Positions 46,470 through 55,223 of a stretch of 64,000 nucleotides of DNA are shown here, one piece after another. Every line of letters begins with the position of its first letter. Within the stretch, counting starts at the first letter, position 1. Source of the DNA: an uncultured Planctomycetia bacterium. Lineage in GTDB: Bacteria > Omnitrophota > Gorgyraeia > Gorgyraeales > Gorgyraeaceae. Where the stretch lies: the NCBI GenBank assembly GCA_964415355.1, contig CAYPYS010000002.1:8048-72047 (forward strand). The letters are read 5' to 3'. The notes beneath the pieces are model-generated. The model had not been told where the DNA came from. It worked only from the letters and a program-made list of their open reading frames with translations, and made no database searches. The position numbers and the translations under genes are program-made.

Positions 46470-47124
46470 ACTATGCCTCGAGGTCCTCAAGCGGTTTAAT
46501 AAAGCAGGTATTCTGGACGGATTCATTTTGATAGGCAGCTGGTGCCTGTATTTTTACAAGGCCTATTTCAAGAAAACCCCATATATAGATGTTTCTACGC
46601 TTAGAACCAGGGATATAGATTTTTTAATACCTATTCCGCCAAAGATTAGGAAAAGCGTTGATGTGCCAGAGCTACTCAAGGATCTTGGATTTGTGACGGA
46701 TTTTAAAGGAAGCAGAGGCTACATAAAGCTCGATCACCCTGACCTTATATTGGAATTTTTAGTACCGGAAAAAGGCAGAGGGGATGACAGGCCTTACAGG
46801 TTGCCACAATTAGGTATGAACGCTACGTCATTAAGGTTTCTAAGTTTTTTAATGGATAACGTTATCCGAATCAAGGTAGAAGATTTTTATATCAATGTAC
46901 CGCATCCCGCGAATTTCGCATTGCATAAACTTATTATTTTTCAGAGGAGAACAAAGGAGTATAAGGTTTTAAAAGATAAAAATACAGCTATTGGAGTTCT
47001 AAGGGCATTGCTCGATAAAGGCGAAGGCCATATAATCAAAAAGACACTGGGATCTGTTCCTCAGAAGTGGAAGAAAAAGATTATCAAAGGATTGGAGGGA
47101 GAGAAAGCGCTTCATATTTTCTAA
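46450..47124 (+). CDS. nucleotidyltransferase-fold protein (AbiEii/MNT-like GS...RxxDIDF motif)
   Basis: LIGSW...TLRTRDIDFLIP. Confidence 0.4.
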   Translation: MEKNQYKLCLEVLKRFNKAGILDGFILIGSWCLYFYKAYFKKTPYIDVSTLRTRDIDFLIPIPPKIRKSVDVPELLKDLGFVTDFKGSRGYIKLDHPDLILEFLVPEKGRGDDRPYRLPQLGMNATSLRFLSFLMDNVIRIKVEDFYINVPHPANFALHKLIIFQRRTKEYKVLKDKNTAIGVLRALLDKGEGHIIKKTLGSVPQKWKKKIIKGLEGEKALHIF

Positions 47125-47220
47125 TCTCATCTCAGTCGTACGTTCGAAGGGGTTCACTGCGACTCTAAACAATTAAAACCTTCTTTTGTCAACCGTACCA
47201 CCAAACAAAAGGAGGTTTTA

Positions 47221-47322
47221 ATGCTTATAGCCAAGGTTTTCCGACTTATCCTGATAACCATAATCTTCATAATAGCTTACCTTCCGATCACTATAAATCC
47301 TGAGATATTGGCCGATTGGTGA
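47221..47322 (+). CDS. 33-aa hydrophobic peptide (MLIAKVFRLILITIIFIIAYLPITINPEILADW), type I toxin-like or leader peptide
   Basis: RBS AGGAGG sequestered in hairpin aaaaccttcttttg..caaaaggaggtttt; paralogue on minus strand at 54869-55030. Confidence 0.35.
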   Translation: MLIAKVFRLILITIIFIIAYLPITINPEILADW

Positions 47323-47335
47323 TCCCTGTGACTTA

Positions 47336-47364
47336 TTGACTATTTTAGAGGATGAGGGTAGAAT
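47336..47364 (+). promoter_or_regulatory. promoter TTGACT-17-TAGAAT (promoter cassette copy B, 47284-47387)
   Basis: near-identical to copy A. Confidence 0.6.
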
Positions 47365-47372
47365 GAAATTAA

Positions 47373-48161
47373 ATGGGCAGCGCATATATGAATAAGAAAC
47401 CATTAAGCAAGATGACTCAAGATGAAATAAAAGAGGCAGTTAAAGAAAAATACAGCAAAGTGGCAAAAGAACCCTGCGTTTCGTTTAACTTCCCGGTAGG
47501 AAAGGCTTTTGCTTTAAAAGTAGGTTATCCTAAAGATATACTTGGCAGACTTCCTCGATCCATGTATGAATCCTTTACAGGCGCCAATAATCCTCAACCT
47601 TTTGTGGAGTTAAAAGAGGGAGAAACAGTCTTAGATTTAGGGTGTGGGGCAGGATTAGACCTTTATTTTTATGCAAAAGCAGTAGGAACTAATGGTAAGG
47701 TCTATGGCTTAGATATTTCGCAAGATATGATCAGTAAGGCAAGAGATAATATGGAAGCAGCAGGAGTTAAGAATGCAGAAATTAAATGCGGCCACTCCGA
47801 TAGCCTTCCTTTTGAAGATAATTTTTTTGATATTGTAGCCTCAAATGGAATCTATAATCTATCACCTAACAAAGAAAAAGTTATGAAAGAAGTATTCAGG
47901 GTATTGAAGCCCGGAGGTAGAACTGTTTTTAGTGAAGTTGTTCTAAAAGACAGCCTCCCGGAAAGCATAAAAAAGAATATTGATGACTGGTTTCGGTGTA
48001 TAGGTGGCGCATTGCCTGAAAGAGATTTTTTAGCACTTATGGAAAAGGTTGGATTTAGGAATATAGAGGTTATATCAAAAGTCAGGAATGCCAGAACAGG
48101 TCATAAGTTAGCCATTTGTGCCAACATCCGCGGTTATAAGGGAGGAGTTTTAAATGGATAA
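47373..48161 (+). CDS. ArsM-like class I SAM-dependent methyltransferase
   Basis: VLDLGCGAGLD motif I; DIVASNGIYNLSPNKEKVMKEVFRVLKPGGR matches the ArsM/UbiE-like core, but the GCGNP Cys motif is replaced (TGANNP); alternative start 47388. Confidence 0.55.
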   Translation: MGSAYMNKKPLSKMTQDEIKEAVKEKYSKVAKEPCVSFNFPVGKAFALKVGYPKDILGRLPRSMYESFTGANNPQPFVELKEGETVLDLGCGAGLDLYFYAKAVGTNGKVYGLDISQDMISKARDNMEAAGVKNAEIKCGHSDSLPFEDNFFDIVASNGIYNLSPNKEKVMKEVFRVLKPGGRTVFSEVVLKDSLPESIKKNIDDWFRCIGGALPERDFLALMEKVGFRNIEVISKVRNARTGHKLAICANIRGYKGGVLNG

Positions 48162-48489
48162 GCTTGCAGGAGAAGCGCTTAAATTGGTTGATATGGTGGA
48201 TTATCAAGCTGGGTCTGTGGTGAGCAAGCAGATAATAAAGAAAGACACAGGAACAGTGACTTTGTTTGCCTTTGATAAGGGACAGGGGTTGAGTGAACAT
48301 ACGGTGCCGTTTGACGCCCTGGTTTATATTTTTGACGGTGAGGCAGAGATCACTATAGATGGCAGGCCTAACTTAGTAGGGTCAGGCAATATGATAATCA
48401 TGCCGGCTAATAAACCGCATTCTGTAAAAGCAGCAAAGCGGTTCAAGATGCTTCTTGTAATGATAAAGGAAAAGAACTTAGGTATCTAA
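48154..48489 (+). CDS. cupin-domain protein
   Basis: G(X)5HXH-like EHTVPFDALVYIFDGEA...PANKPHS pattern. Confidence 0.55.
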   Translation: MDKLAGEALKLVDMVDYQAGSVVSKQIIKKDTGTVTLFAFDKGQGLSEHTVPFDALVYIFDGEAEITIDGRPNLVGSGNMIIMPANKPHSVKAAKRFKMLLVMIKEKNLGI

Positions 48490-48881
48490 TGAAAAGACTG
48501 ATAGTATTAATGATAATATTATTATCTATATTTGGATTTTTATTATTTAATAGCAAGGCGCTTCTGATCTACAGGGTAACTGAAGTCAGAGAAGGGGATG
48601 TTCATACGTCGCGCAAGGTGTTCTTTGATTGGGAGACGTTTTTGGATTACCTGAAAGATATTCCTGATAGAGTCATGGGGAGAGTTTTTTTAAAGGGCGT
48701 CAAAGCATCCGGAGATATTAAATTGACCGACAGGGAGCAGGAAAGCATTGGAGAGATAATAAAAGACGTGGGAGTATTGACAGATAAAATAGAAGATAAG
48801 GAAATCGCTGAAGAGATAAATAAGTTGATGGAGAATTACAAGGGCCTGGATGGCCTGATGGAAGAACTTGAACAAAAATAA
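48489..48881 (+). CDS. membrane-anchored hypothetical protein
   Basis: N-terminal TM helix. Confidence 0.35.
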   Translation: MKRLIVLMIILLSIFGFLLFNSKALLIYRVTEVREGDVHTSRKVFFDWETFLDYLKDIPDRVMGRVFLKGVKASGDIKLTDREQESIGEIIKDVGVLTDKIEDKEIAEEINKLMENYKGLDGLMEELEQK

Positions 48882-49422
48882 CAAACGAAGATCAGCTAGG
48901 GGTATCATGAATAAGAAAGGAAATAGCTCTATTATGTTTATATCTACGGTTATCATGGGAATATTGGCTGTGGTGTTGTTATTAGTAGCTTATTATAAAG
49001 GCGTGCATATGACAGGGCTGAATCAGGCCATGCGCATGACCATGCAGATATTGCCTTTGCTTATCTTTGCCTTTATAGTGGCAGGCATGGCGCAGGCGCT
49101 TTTGCCTCACGAGACCATATCCAGATGGATAGGTGAGGAGTCAGGTATGAAGGGCGTATTGATCGGGACAGTGGCCGGGGCAATGACACCTGGCGGGCCG
49201 TATTTGAGTTTACCGATAGTCGCGGGGCTTTTGAAGTCCGGCGCGAGCATAGGCGTGATGGTGGCGTATATTGCCGGCTGGAGTCTTTTGAATATCAGCA
49301 GATTGCCTATGGAGATAGGTATACTCGGGTGGAGATTTACTTTGGTGAGATTTTTGAGCGTTTTAATACTTCCGCCCATAGCCGGGGCCTTCGCGCATTA
49401 TATCAGCAAGGTTTTGAGATAG
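48868..49422 (+). CDS. DUF318-type permease subunit (half-size membrane permease)
   Basis: multi-TM; TPGGPY motif. Confidence 0.45.
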   Translation: MNKNNKRRSARGIMNKKGNSSIMFISTVIMGILAVVLLLVAYYKGVHMTGLNQAMRMTMQILPLLIFAFIVAGMAQALLPHETISRWIGEESGMKGVLIGTVAGAMTPGGPYLSLPIVAGLLKSGASIGVMVAYIAGWSLLNISRLPMEIGILGWRFTLVRFLSVLILPPIAGAFAHYISKVLR

Positions 49423-49916
49423 ACAGATCGTCATTGCGAGATCAATTGCATTGATCCTGCCAGAGTAACTAATAAAGCAAAAGATTAGTATATAGGGGGA
49501 GATTAAGGTTTGCGTAGAGGGTTTTAGCCATATAAACTTGGTTTCTTTATGATTAAGCCTAACCGCCTATAATGTATCTTATGTTAACTTGGTTATATGA
49601 GAAGAAAAGCCATAAGTCTATATGGCTCAATGAGTTGCGTATTTTTGTTAATTGTCTGTGAATAACTCTTTTTCTTCTTTGGTTGGTATATTGCTTGTCA
49701 TTCCCGCTTACACGGGAATCTTAATAGGTAGGTTATTATTACGCGTGTTTTGGCTTATTATAGCCCTTTATAGACCAGATTATTACTAGGTATAGCCTAA
49801 TTACTGCTTCTCCCCCGCTTGTCATCCTCGCGAAAGCGGGGATCCATTAGAAGCTATATTTTTACCCCTTATAAACCCATCGACCCCTAAAAACCAGTAG
49901 TCGATATAAACCTATA

Positions 49917-50453
49917 TTAATCTAATATCAGACGAAATGATTTTGTTCTCTCAAAAACAGTATTCCTTAGCTCCCTATGAACTCTTTGCAAAATTGGCAA
50001 TAGTCTAATTCTTCTAAAGTTATCCCAATCGTCAAATGTTCGATAATCATTATTAAAAACCATATTGTTTAATTCAGATTGCAATTGGGCGATTAAATCT
50101 ACTATCTCTGTACCATAATACAATCCCATCAGACCAAGCTGTAAATAGCTTTCTCTCGTAGCTCTATTAAAATTATCCAAAGAGACTTGTCTTCTTTGGA
50201 TAATTTCAGGATTATTGTTAGTTATGCTACCCTGTTGTATCTGTAGATTAATATTGGCAAGTTCCCACATCGAAATCAACATGAGACACAGACTATTCAA
50301 AATGTTTGTAGCTGTGTTATCCTTAGCAATAAGGTATTTAGTCTTTATGTCTCTTTCAAAGTGAAATTTGGCAATTTGTATAGTAGTGTAAGCAACAATA
50401 ATAGGCGATATAAGGCCGAATACTATTGTTTTAATAATTGCATCGGAAAACAT
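49917..50453 (-). CDS. hypothetical protein with N-terminal TM helix
   Basis: no recognisable motifs. Confidence 0.35.
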   Translation of the reverse strand: MFSDAIIKTIVFGLISPIIVAYTTIQIAKFHFERDIKTKYLIAKDNTATNILNSLCLMLISMWELANINLQIQQGSITNNNPEIIQRRQVSLDNFNRATRESYLQLGLMGLYYGTEIVDLIAQLQSELNNMVFNNDYRTFDDWDNFRRIRLLPILQRVHRELRNTVFERTKSFRLILD

Positions 50454-50571
50454 AATATCCCTACCAATCCTTTTTTAAATACTTATAGTGTTTGTAATAC
50501 TACCTAACAACCCCGCCCCTATCAACCTCTTCCTTGCTGTAAGCTGTGCTAAAATAAGACACTGCTATCGA

Positions 50572-51420
50572 TCACGCTTTAATATTACTGACCTCCCGAA
50601 CAAGTCTAATCCCAGTATACATTCTATCTAAGAATTGTCTTTCTAGTTTCATTTTCTCATACCTATTCCTTGGATGATGGGAAAGATTACGTACTCCTTT
50701 GTAAGATATTAAATCATTGCATAGCGTAACATCAAAATACTTCTTTTGCTTCTTTCGAGCACCGCCTTTATTCCTCCAATTAGGAGCCGATAACAGCTTA
50801 ATTTTTGTTTCAAAATTGTAATTTTGCACCTCTCCAATTGTCGGCACTATTTTTTTTGCCCTTGCCGCTGCTTCCGCTAATGTATCCACTAATCCTTCTA
50901 TTAGCTCAGTTATATCTCTAATCGCATCGATAAAGTTACCTTCGTTGAATTTTTCGCAAATCTTAACAATGTCTTTCCTGTATCTGCCCGGACGATGCAT
51001 CTCTGCTTCTCCGATTCTCATATTGCATTGCACGGCATTGCGATGCACGATAACGTTATTATCACACACCAATAAGATGCCTAAGCCATATTTCTTGGCT
51101 AACGTTAAAAAGCTATGAGAAAAAGAAGTTTCCTTATCATCTGTAGAATGAGGAAAGGCCAAAAATATTTCAATTCTTTCTTGGTTGATCAAGCATTCCT
51201 TAACAAAAGTCTCAAAATATTCTTGTAATTGTGGTTTTTCTTGTATTTCTATAACTAATACTGCTGAGCCGCGTTTATGACACACTAACGCTGGTTTGAA
51301 TTGATATTGGGGAGCAAGTGGTTTTTCGAATGAAATTCTTCTATAGGTTTTCTTTTCATAATATTTAATGAGCGTCTTAGCAATAGACCAAAGATTCTCG
51401 CTTAAAAATTGAAATTTCAT
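50572..51420 (-). CDS. hypothetical protein (unknown; co-operonic with ParB-like gene)
   Basis: 3-nt gap to upstream gene. Confidence 0.4.
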   Translation of the reverse strand: MKFQFLSENLWSIAKTLIKYYEKKTYRRISFEKPLAPQYQFKPALVCHKRGSAVLVIEIQEKPQLQEYFETFVKECLINQERIEIFLAFPHSTDDKETSFSHSFLTLAKKYGLGILLVCDNNVIVHRNAVQCNMRIGEAEMHRPGRYRKDIVKICEKFNEGNFIDAIRDITELIEGLVDTLAEAAARAKKIVPTIGEVQNYNFETKIKLLSAPNWRNKGGARKKQKKYFDVTLCNDLISYKGVRNLSHHPRNRYEKMKLERQFLDRMYTGIRLVREVSNIKA

Positions 51421-51422
51421 AA

Positions 51423-52364
51423 TTAAATAATTTTAGTTATAATCTTATATAATTCTTTCAGCTTATTTGCAACTTCTTTGTCTTCTTTGATCTTGCTGTC
51501 CATCCTTTTTAATTTATTAACTAGAGACTCTATTTCTTTTTTTAAATTCCTTTCTTGGTAAGCATCGGCGACAGATTCATTGTAAGCATCTTCTATCCTA
51601 TATTTTGGATTGTTTATTAACTTTTTAATTATAGGGATTGCTTTTTTACTTGGAACGCCTGCTTTCTCAGAACGAGCTATTTTGCTAACATCTCTTAATT
51701 TAACAATGTTAGATATTACACCATCTTTATACTTTTTAAAAAATCTTTGCATTATTTTTTCTTTAGAGTTACTTTCTAAAACTTCGGGCATATATCTTTC
51801 TATTGCCCTGCTTGCTTTCATGGCCTCCAAAAAGAAATCCTCCGAAAATTTTTGTTCTGCCTTGGGTTTTGAAAGCTCTTTTCTTAATAGATTTAAATAT
51901 TTCGTGGGCAAACTTAGTATATCAAAAGCTCTTTTTGCAGTTGCGGGAGTAATGCCTGTTACCGCTGTTATGTCTTTCAAAGAATAAGGCTTATTTTCTT
52001 TTTTTAATAAATTCTCTATTTCTTTAAGTTTCAGTGCTGTTGCAAACAAGTCCCATTGAACACGAACATTATGTATATTGAACATTCTTAAAATATTCTC
52101 TAGCCTAGTTGGCCTTGGTTCAATTATGGTAGGAACGCGAGATAAATTTAACTTCTTAGCACACAACCAGCGCCTTTCCCCATCAAGTAATATATACCTA
52201 TTACTTTTAACATCTTCATAAATAGCTAAAGGAACTCTAATGCCTACTTTTTGTATAGAATTTAATAGGACTTGGAGCTCTTCTTCTCTAAAAATTATAC
52301 GTGGATTATCTGGATTTCTCTTGATTTTGTCTGGATTAATATTGGCTAATCTGGTTCCTGACAT
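51423..52364 (-). CDS. ParB/Srx-fold (ParB-like nuclease domain) protein
   Basis: NPDNPR...LLNSIQKVG...RYILLDGERRWLCAKKL...VP ParB N-terminal signature. Confidence 0.6.
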   Translation of the reverse strand: MSGTRLANINPDKIKRNPDNPRIIFREEELQVLLNSIQKVGIRVPLAIYEDVKSNRYILLDGERRWLCAKKLNLSRVPTIIEPRPTRLENILRMFNIHNVRVQWDLFATALKLKEIENLLKKENKPYSLKDITAVTGITPATAKRAFDILSLPTKYLNLLRKELSKPKAEQKFSEDFFLEAMKASRAIERYMPEVLESNSKEKIMQRFFKKYKDGVISNIVKLRDVSKIARSEKAGVPSKKAIPIIKKLINNPKYRIEDAYNESVADAYQERNLKKEIESLVNKLKRMDSKIKEDKEVANKLKELYKIITKII

Positions 52365-52384
52365 AACCTGTCTCCTTATTTAAT

Positions 52385-53191
52385 TTAAAAATTTGTTATT
52401 ACTAATTCTGGGACTTTTTTTCTCTTCTTTACATTCCCTGCTATCAAGCTTCTTCTTTTAACAAGAGTTAAATTGAAATTCTTATACAACCTTCTTATAT
52501 AATCGTGCTCTGCATTGCTCATGATAATCTTGCATCCTTTTTTATCAAGCTCAACAACAGCATCTTTTAAGCGATTTTGATCTTTTAATGAAAATATTCT
52601 CGAATTATATTCTATAAAACCATTATTTTTATGTGAAGTAGTATAGGGAGGGTCTAAATAAATTAAATCACCTTCCGTAGTATCTTTTACTGCTTTTTCA
52701 AAATCAAGACCTCTTATAGTTACATTTTTTAATATCTTACTAACATTTTTTAATTTCTCTTCGTCGCAAATCGTCGGATTATCATATCGGCCTATAGGAA
52801 CATTAAATCTACCTTTGGGATTAACTCTATACAAACCGTTCCAGCATGTTTTATTAAGGTAGATAAATCGGGCAGCCCTTCTTAAATTATTTGACAATCT
52901 CTGTGAACGAATGTTGTAATAGTATTTCTTCTGGTAGGGCATATTTTTTAAAAATTTTATAACTCCGCCAACATTTCTTTTTATTTGTTGATAGCTATTT
53001 ATTAATTCTGAATTTAAGTCTGATAAATATGCTTCTTTAGGTTCTAATGCAAAAAACAAAGCACCACTACCCAAAAAGGGCTCAAAATAGCGGTTGTAAT
53101 TTTTTGGAATAATTTTTAGTAGTTCAGGTAATAGAGCTTTTTTGCCACCTGCCCATTTCAAAAAAGGCCTAGTAGTAACTTTTTTACTCAT
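52385..53191 (-). CDS. Dam-family (alpha-class) N6-adenine DNA methyltransferase
   Basis: FLKWAGGKK...EPFLGSGA motif I; DPPY motif IV. Confidence 0.85.
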   Translation of the reverse strand: MSKKVTTRPFLKWAGGKKALLPELLKIIPKNYNRYFEPFLGSGALFFALEPKEAYLSDLNSELINSYQQIKRNVGGVIKFLKNMPYQKKYYYNIRSQRLSNNLRRAARFIYLNKTCWNGLYRVNPKGRFNVPIGRYDNPTICDEEKLKNVSKILKNVTIRGLDFEKAVKDTTEGDLIYLDPPYTTSHKNNGFIEYNSRIFSLKDQNRLKDAVVELDKKGCKIIMSNAEHDYIRRLYKNFNLTLVKRRSLIAGNVKKRKKVPELVITNF

Positions 53192-53242
53192 TTTTGTTTT
53201 TTTAGTCTATTTTTAAAATAAATAGAGCTATGGTTCCGTCTG

Positions 53243-53878
53243 TTAAGGCTCTACTCCTAAAATTAACAAAGGTACTGGTGGGTTATTACGGCCATGACGT
53301 AGAATATTGTATACTTCTCCTTCATAATAAGCTACGCCACTTGACATCTGAGACTGCATTTTCTTTGTTGGTAGGATTTCAACACCAAGATTTATGACCC
53401 CGCCAGAATAAAAAAGCAAGTGCTTAACAAATAAGTCAAAAGCAACAAAGGCATATTTGCCAAACTGTACTTCTACGGCAACTTGTTTTTTTACAAAATC
53501 AGTTTGCTTATATGATGCAATTGGGTGCTTAGTACCGTTTTTAATCAGAAATTCTTTCTGTTTTTTGTAAGATAAAGGAACTAATTCTTGCATTATTTTA
53601 TAATCGGTTGTTACATAGTACTGATAGCGACTTTCTTTCCACCCATGAGTTCTAAATTTATTCCTGAATTTTTCATTAAGCGCTATAGGGCTATATAGAG
53701 GCTTGCCTTTCATGGTTTTCTCTTTGCTGATCTTTGTCATTAGCTTTTTAGCGTCTATGCTGTTTATGGTTTTGATAATCTCATTATACAAACTCTTGTG
53801 ATGGACTATTAAATACTCTTCTCCGTTTAGGTGGGAATGTTTCTGTGCTATACGCATACATAGGCTCCTTTCATCCAC
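53243..53878 (-). CDS. putative type II restriction endonuclease (BglII/BamHI-like arrangement EVQFGK..LGVEILP)
   Basis: position between two MTases; E-x-Q / hydrophobic pattern similar to the BamHI E111-E113 region. Confidence 0.4.
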   Translation of the reverse strand: MDERSLCMRIAQKHSHLNGEEYLIVHHKSLYNEIIKTINSIDAKKLMTKISKEKTMKGKPLYSPIALNEKFRNKFRTHGWKESRYQYYVTTDYKIMQELVPLSYKKQKEFLIKNGTKHPIASYKQTDFVKKQVAVEVQFGKYAFVAFDLFVKHLLFYSGGVINLGVEILPTKKMQSQMSSGVAYYEGEVYNILRHGRNNPPVPLLILGVEP

Positions 53879-54852
53879 TCTTTAGGAATTCTGGCCATTT
53901 TGTCATTAGGAGAAGGATTGTGTATGGGTTTATTGATAGGCCGAAGCTTTAGTTTATTGTTTTTTAACATTAATAAGCGTTTTTTGGCGGTTTCTATATA
54001 TTTTTTGTTGCTGTCTATTCCTATAGCATTTCTGTTGTTTTTCATAGCTGCGATTAATGTCGAGCCAACACCTGCATATGGATCTAATACCCAGCTGCCT
54101 TCTTTTGTTAAAGCGAGGATGCACCGTTCTACAAGTTCGACAGGAAATTGACAAGGATGAGTAGTTTTTTCAGGATGGTTTGCTTTAACATTTGGTATGT
54201 TCCAAAAGCCTTTTTCCCAATCTTTGCTTAAAATCTCCCATACATCAGAAGGATTTTTTCCATTAGGATTTCCAGAAAGCTTTCCTCTCTTGGGGCCCTT
54301 GAAATGTTTTTTTCCAGGATATTTTGCAGGTATACGTACATTATCTAAATTGAAAATATAGTCATTTGATTTAGAAAACCATAGGATTGTTTCGTACCTG
54401 CCTGAGAATCTCTTGGATGCATGTAGTCCGTGCCCAAAATGCCAAATTAATCTATTTCTAAGTTTTAAGCCGTGTTTTTTAAATATATTATAATAAAAAA
54501 TATCAAGTGGGAATATCTCTCCTTTATTAACGTAATTGCCTATTTGCCAACAAATACTGCCTCTTTTAGACGTTAACTTAACAAGCTGCTCGATGACTCT
54601 ACCTTGTTTATCTAAATACCGCTCTATTGATTCTTTATTTTCGTATTCCTTCCCTAGGTTATAAGGGGGAGAAGTAATTATTAGATCGAATTTTCCTTTA
54701 TCTAGTTTCTCTAAATTTCTGAGAGTGTCTCCTAGTATAAGCTTGGTCTCTGTATTTTTATACATATTGTTTATTTTAGTTAAATTAGAGCTCGCCATTT
54801 TCTTGGATTCTCCTGCTGAAGCTTGCCCAAAAAGATCATTAATTAATGTCAT
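53848..54852 (-). CDS. beta-class N6-adenine/N4-cytosine DNA methyltransferase
   Basis: SPPY motif IV near N-terminus; DPYAGVGST motif I near C-terminus; start set at second Met after AGGAGG. Confidence 0.75.
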   Translation of the reverse strand: MTLINDLFGQASAGESKKMASSNLTKINNMYKNTETKLILGDTLRNLEKLDKGKFDLIITSPPYNLGKEYENKESIERYLDKQGRVIEQLVKLTSKRGSICWQIGNYVNKGEIFPLDIFYYNIFKKHGLKLRNRLIWHFGHGLHASKRFSGRYETILWFSKSNDYIFNLDNVRIPAKYPGKKHFKGPKRGKLSGNPNGKNPSDVWEILSKDWEKGFWNIPNVKANHPEKTTHPCQFPVELVERCILALTKEGSWVLDPYAGVGSTLIAAMKNNRNAIGIDSNKKYIETAKKRLLMLKNNKLKLRPINKPIHNPSPNDKMARIPKEWMKGAYVCV

Positions 54853-54868
54853 TTTACACCTCCTTAGG

Positions 54869-55030
54869 TTAATAGTCAATAGCGCTGACTATATTATCTA
54901 ATTCTATATAATAGGACATACTATCTCTTGGGTTTCTTTCAAATGTTTTTGGATTTATTGTTATAGGCAGGTAGGTGATTATAAAGATAGCTGTTATTAG
55001 GATGCTTTTAATAAACTTGGTTAGAAACAC
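54869..55030 (-). CDS. 53-aa hydrophobic peptide (VFLTKFIKSILITAIFIITYLPITINPKTF...), paralogue of 47221-47322
   Basis: GTG start after AGGAGG inside hairpin aaaaccttctttac..gtaaaggaggtttt; shares LIT-IIFII-YLPITINP. Confidence 0.3.
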   Translation of the reverse strand: MFLTKFIKSILITAIFIITYLPITINPKTFERNPRDSMSYYIELDNIVSAIDY

Positions 55031-55223
55031 AAAAACCTCCTTTACGGTTATGTAAAGAAGGTTTTAATTATTTTATAGTCGCAGTTCCCCCTTCCTTAAC
55101 GTACGACTTGAGGATTTTCTTCTCAGGCATATATTGAAGACTAAAGCCACAGGCATCCTGCAAGGGTACGCACTACTATAAGTTGCACCAAAATAGGACG
55201 CCTGCTATTCCGCGTTCTATTGC

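Noticed and set aside
47373-48161. Calling the methyltransferase a bona fide arsenite methyltransferase ArsM
   Set aside because: The core SAM-methyltransferase region matches ArsM-like enzymes, but the conserved GCGNP cysteine pair is replaced (TGANNP), so arsenic specificity is doubtful. It is annotated as ArsM-like only.
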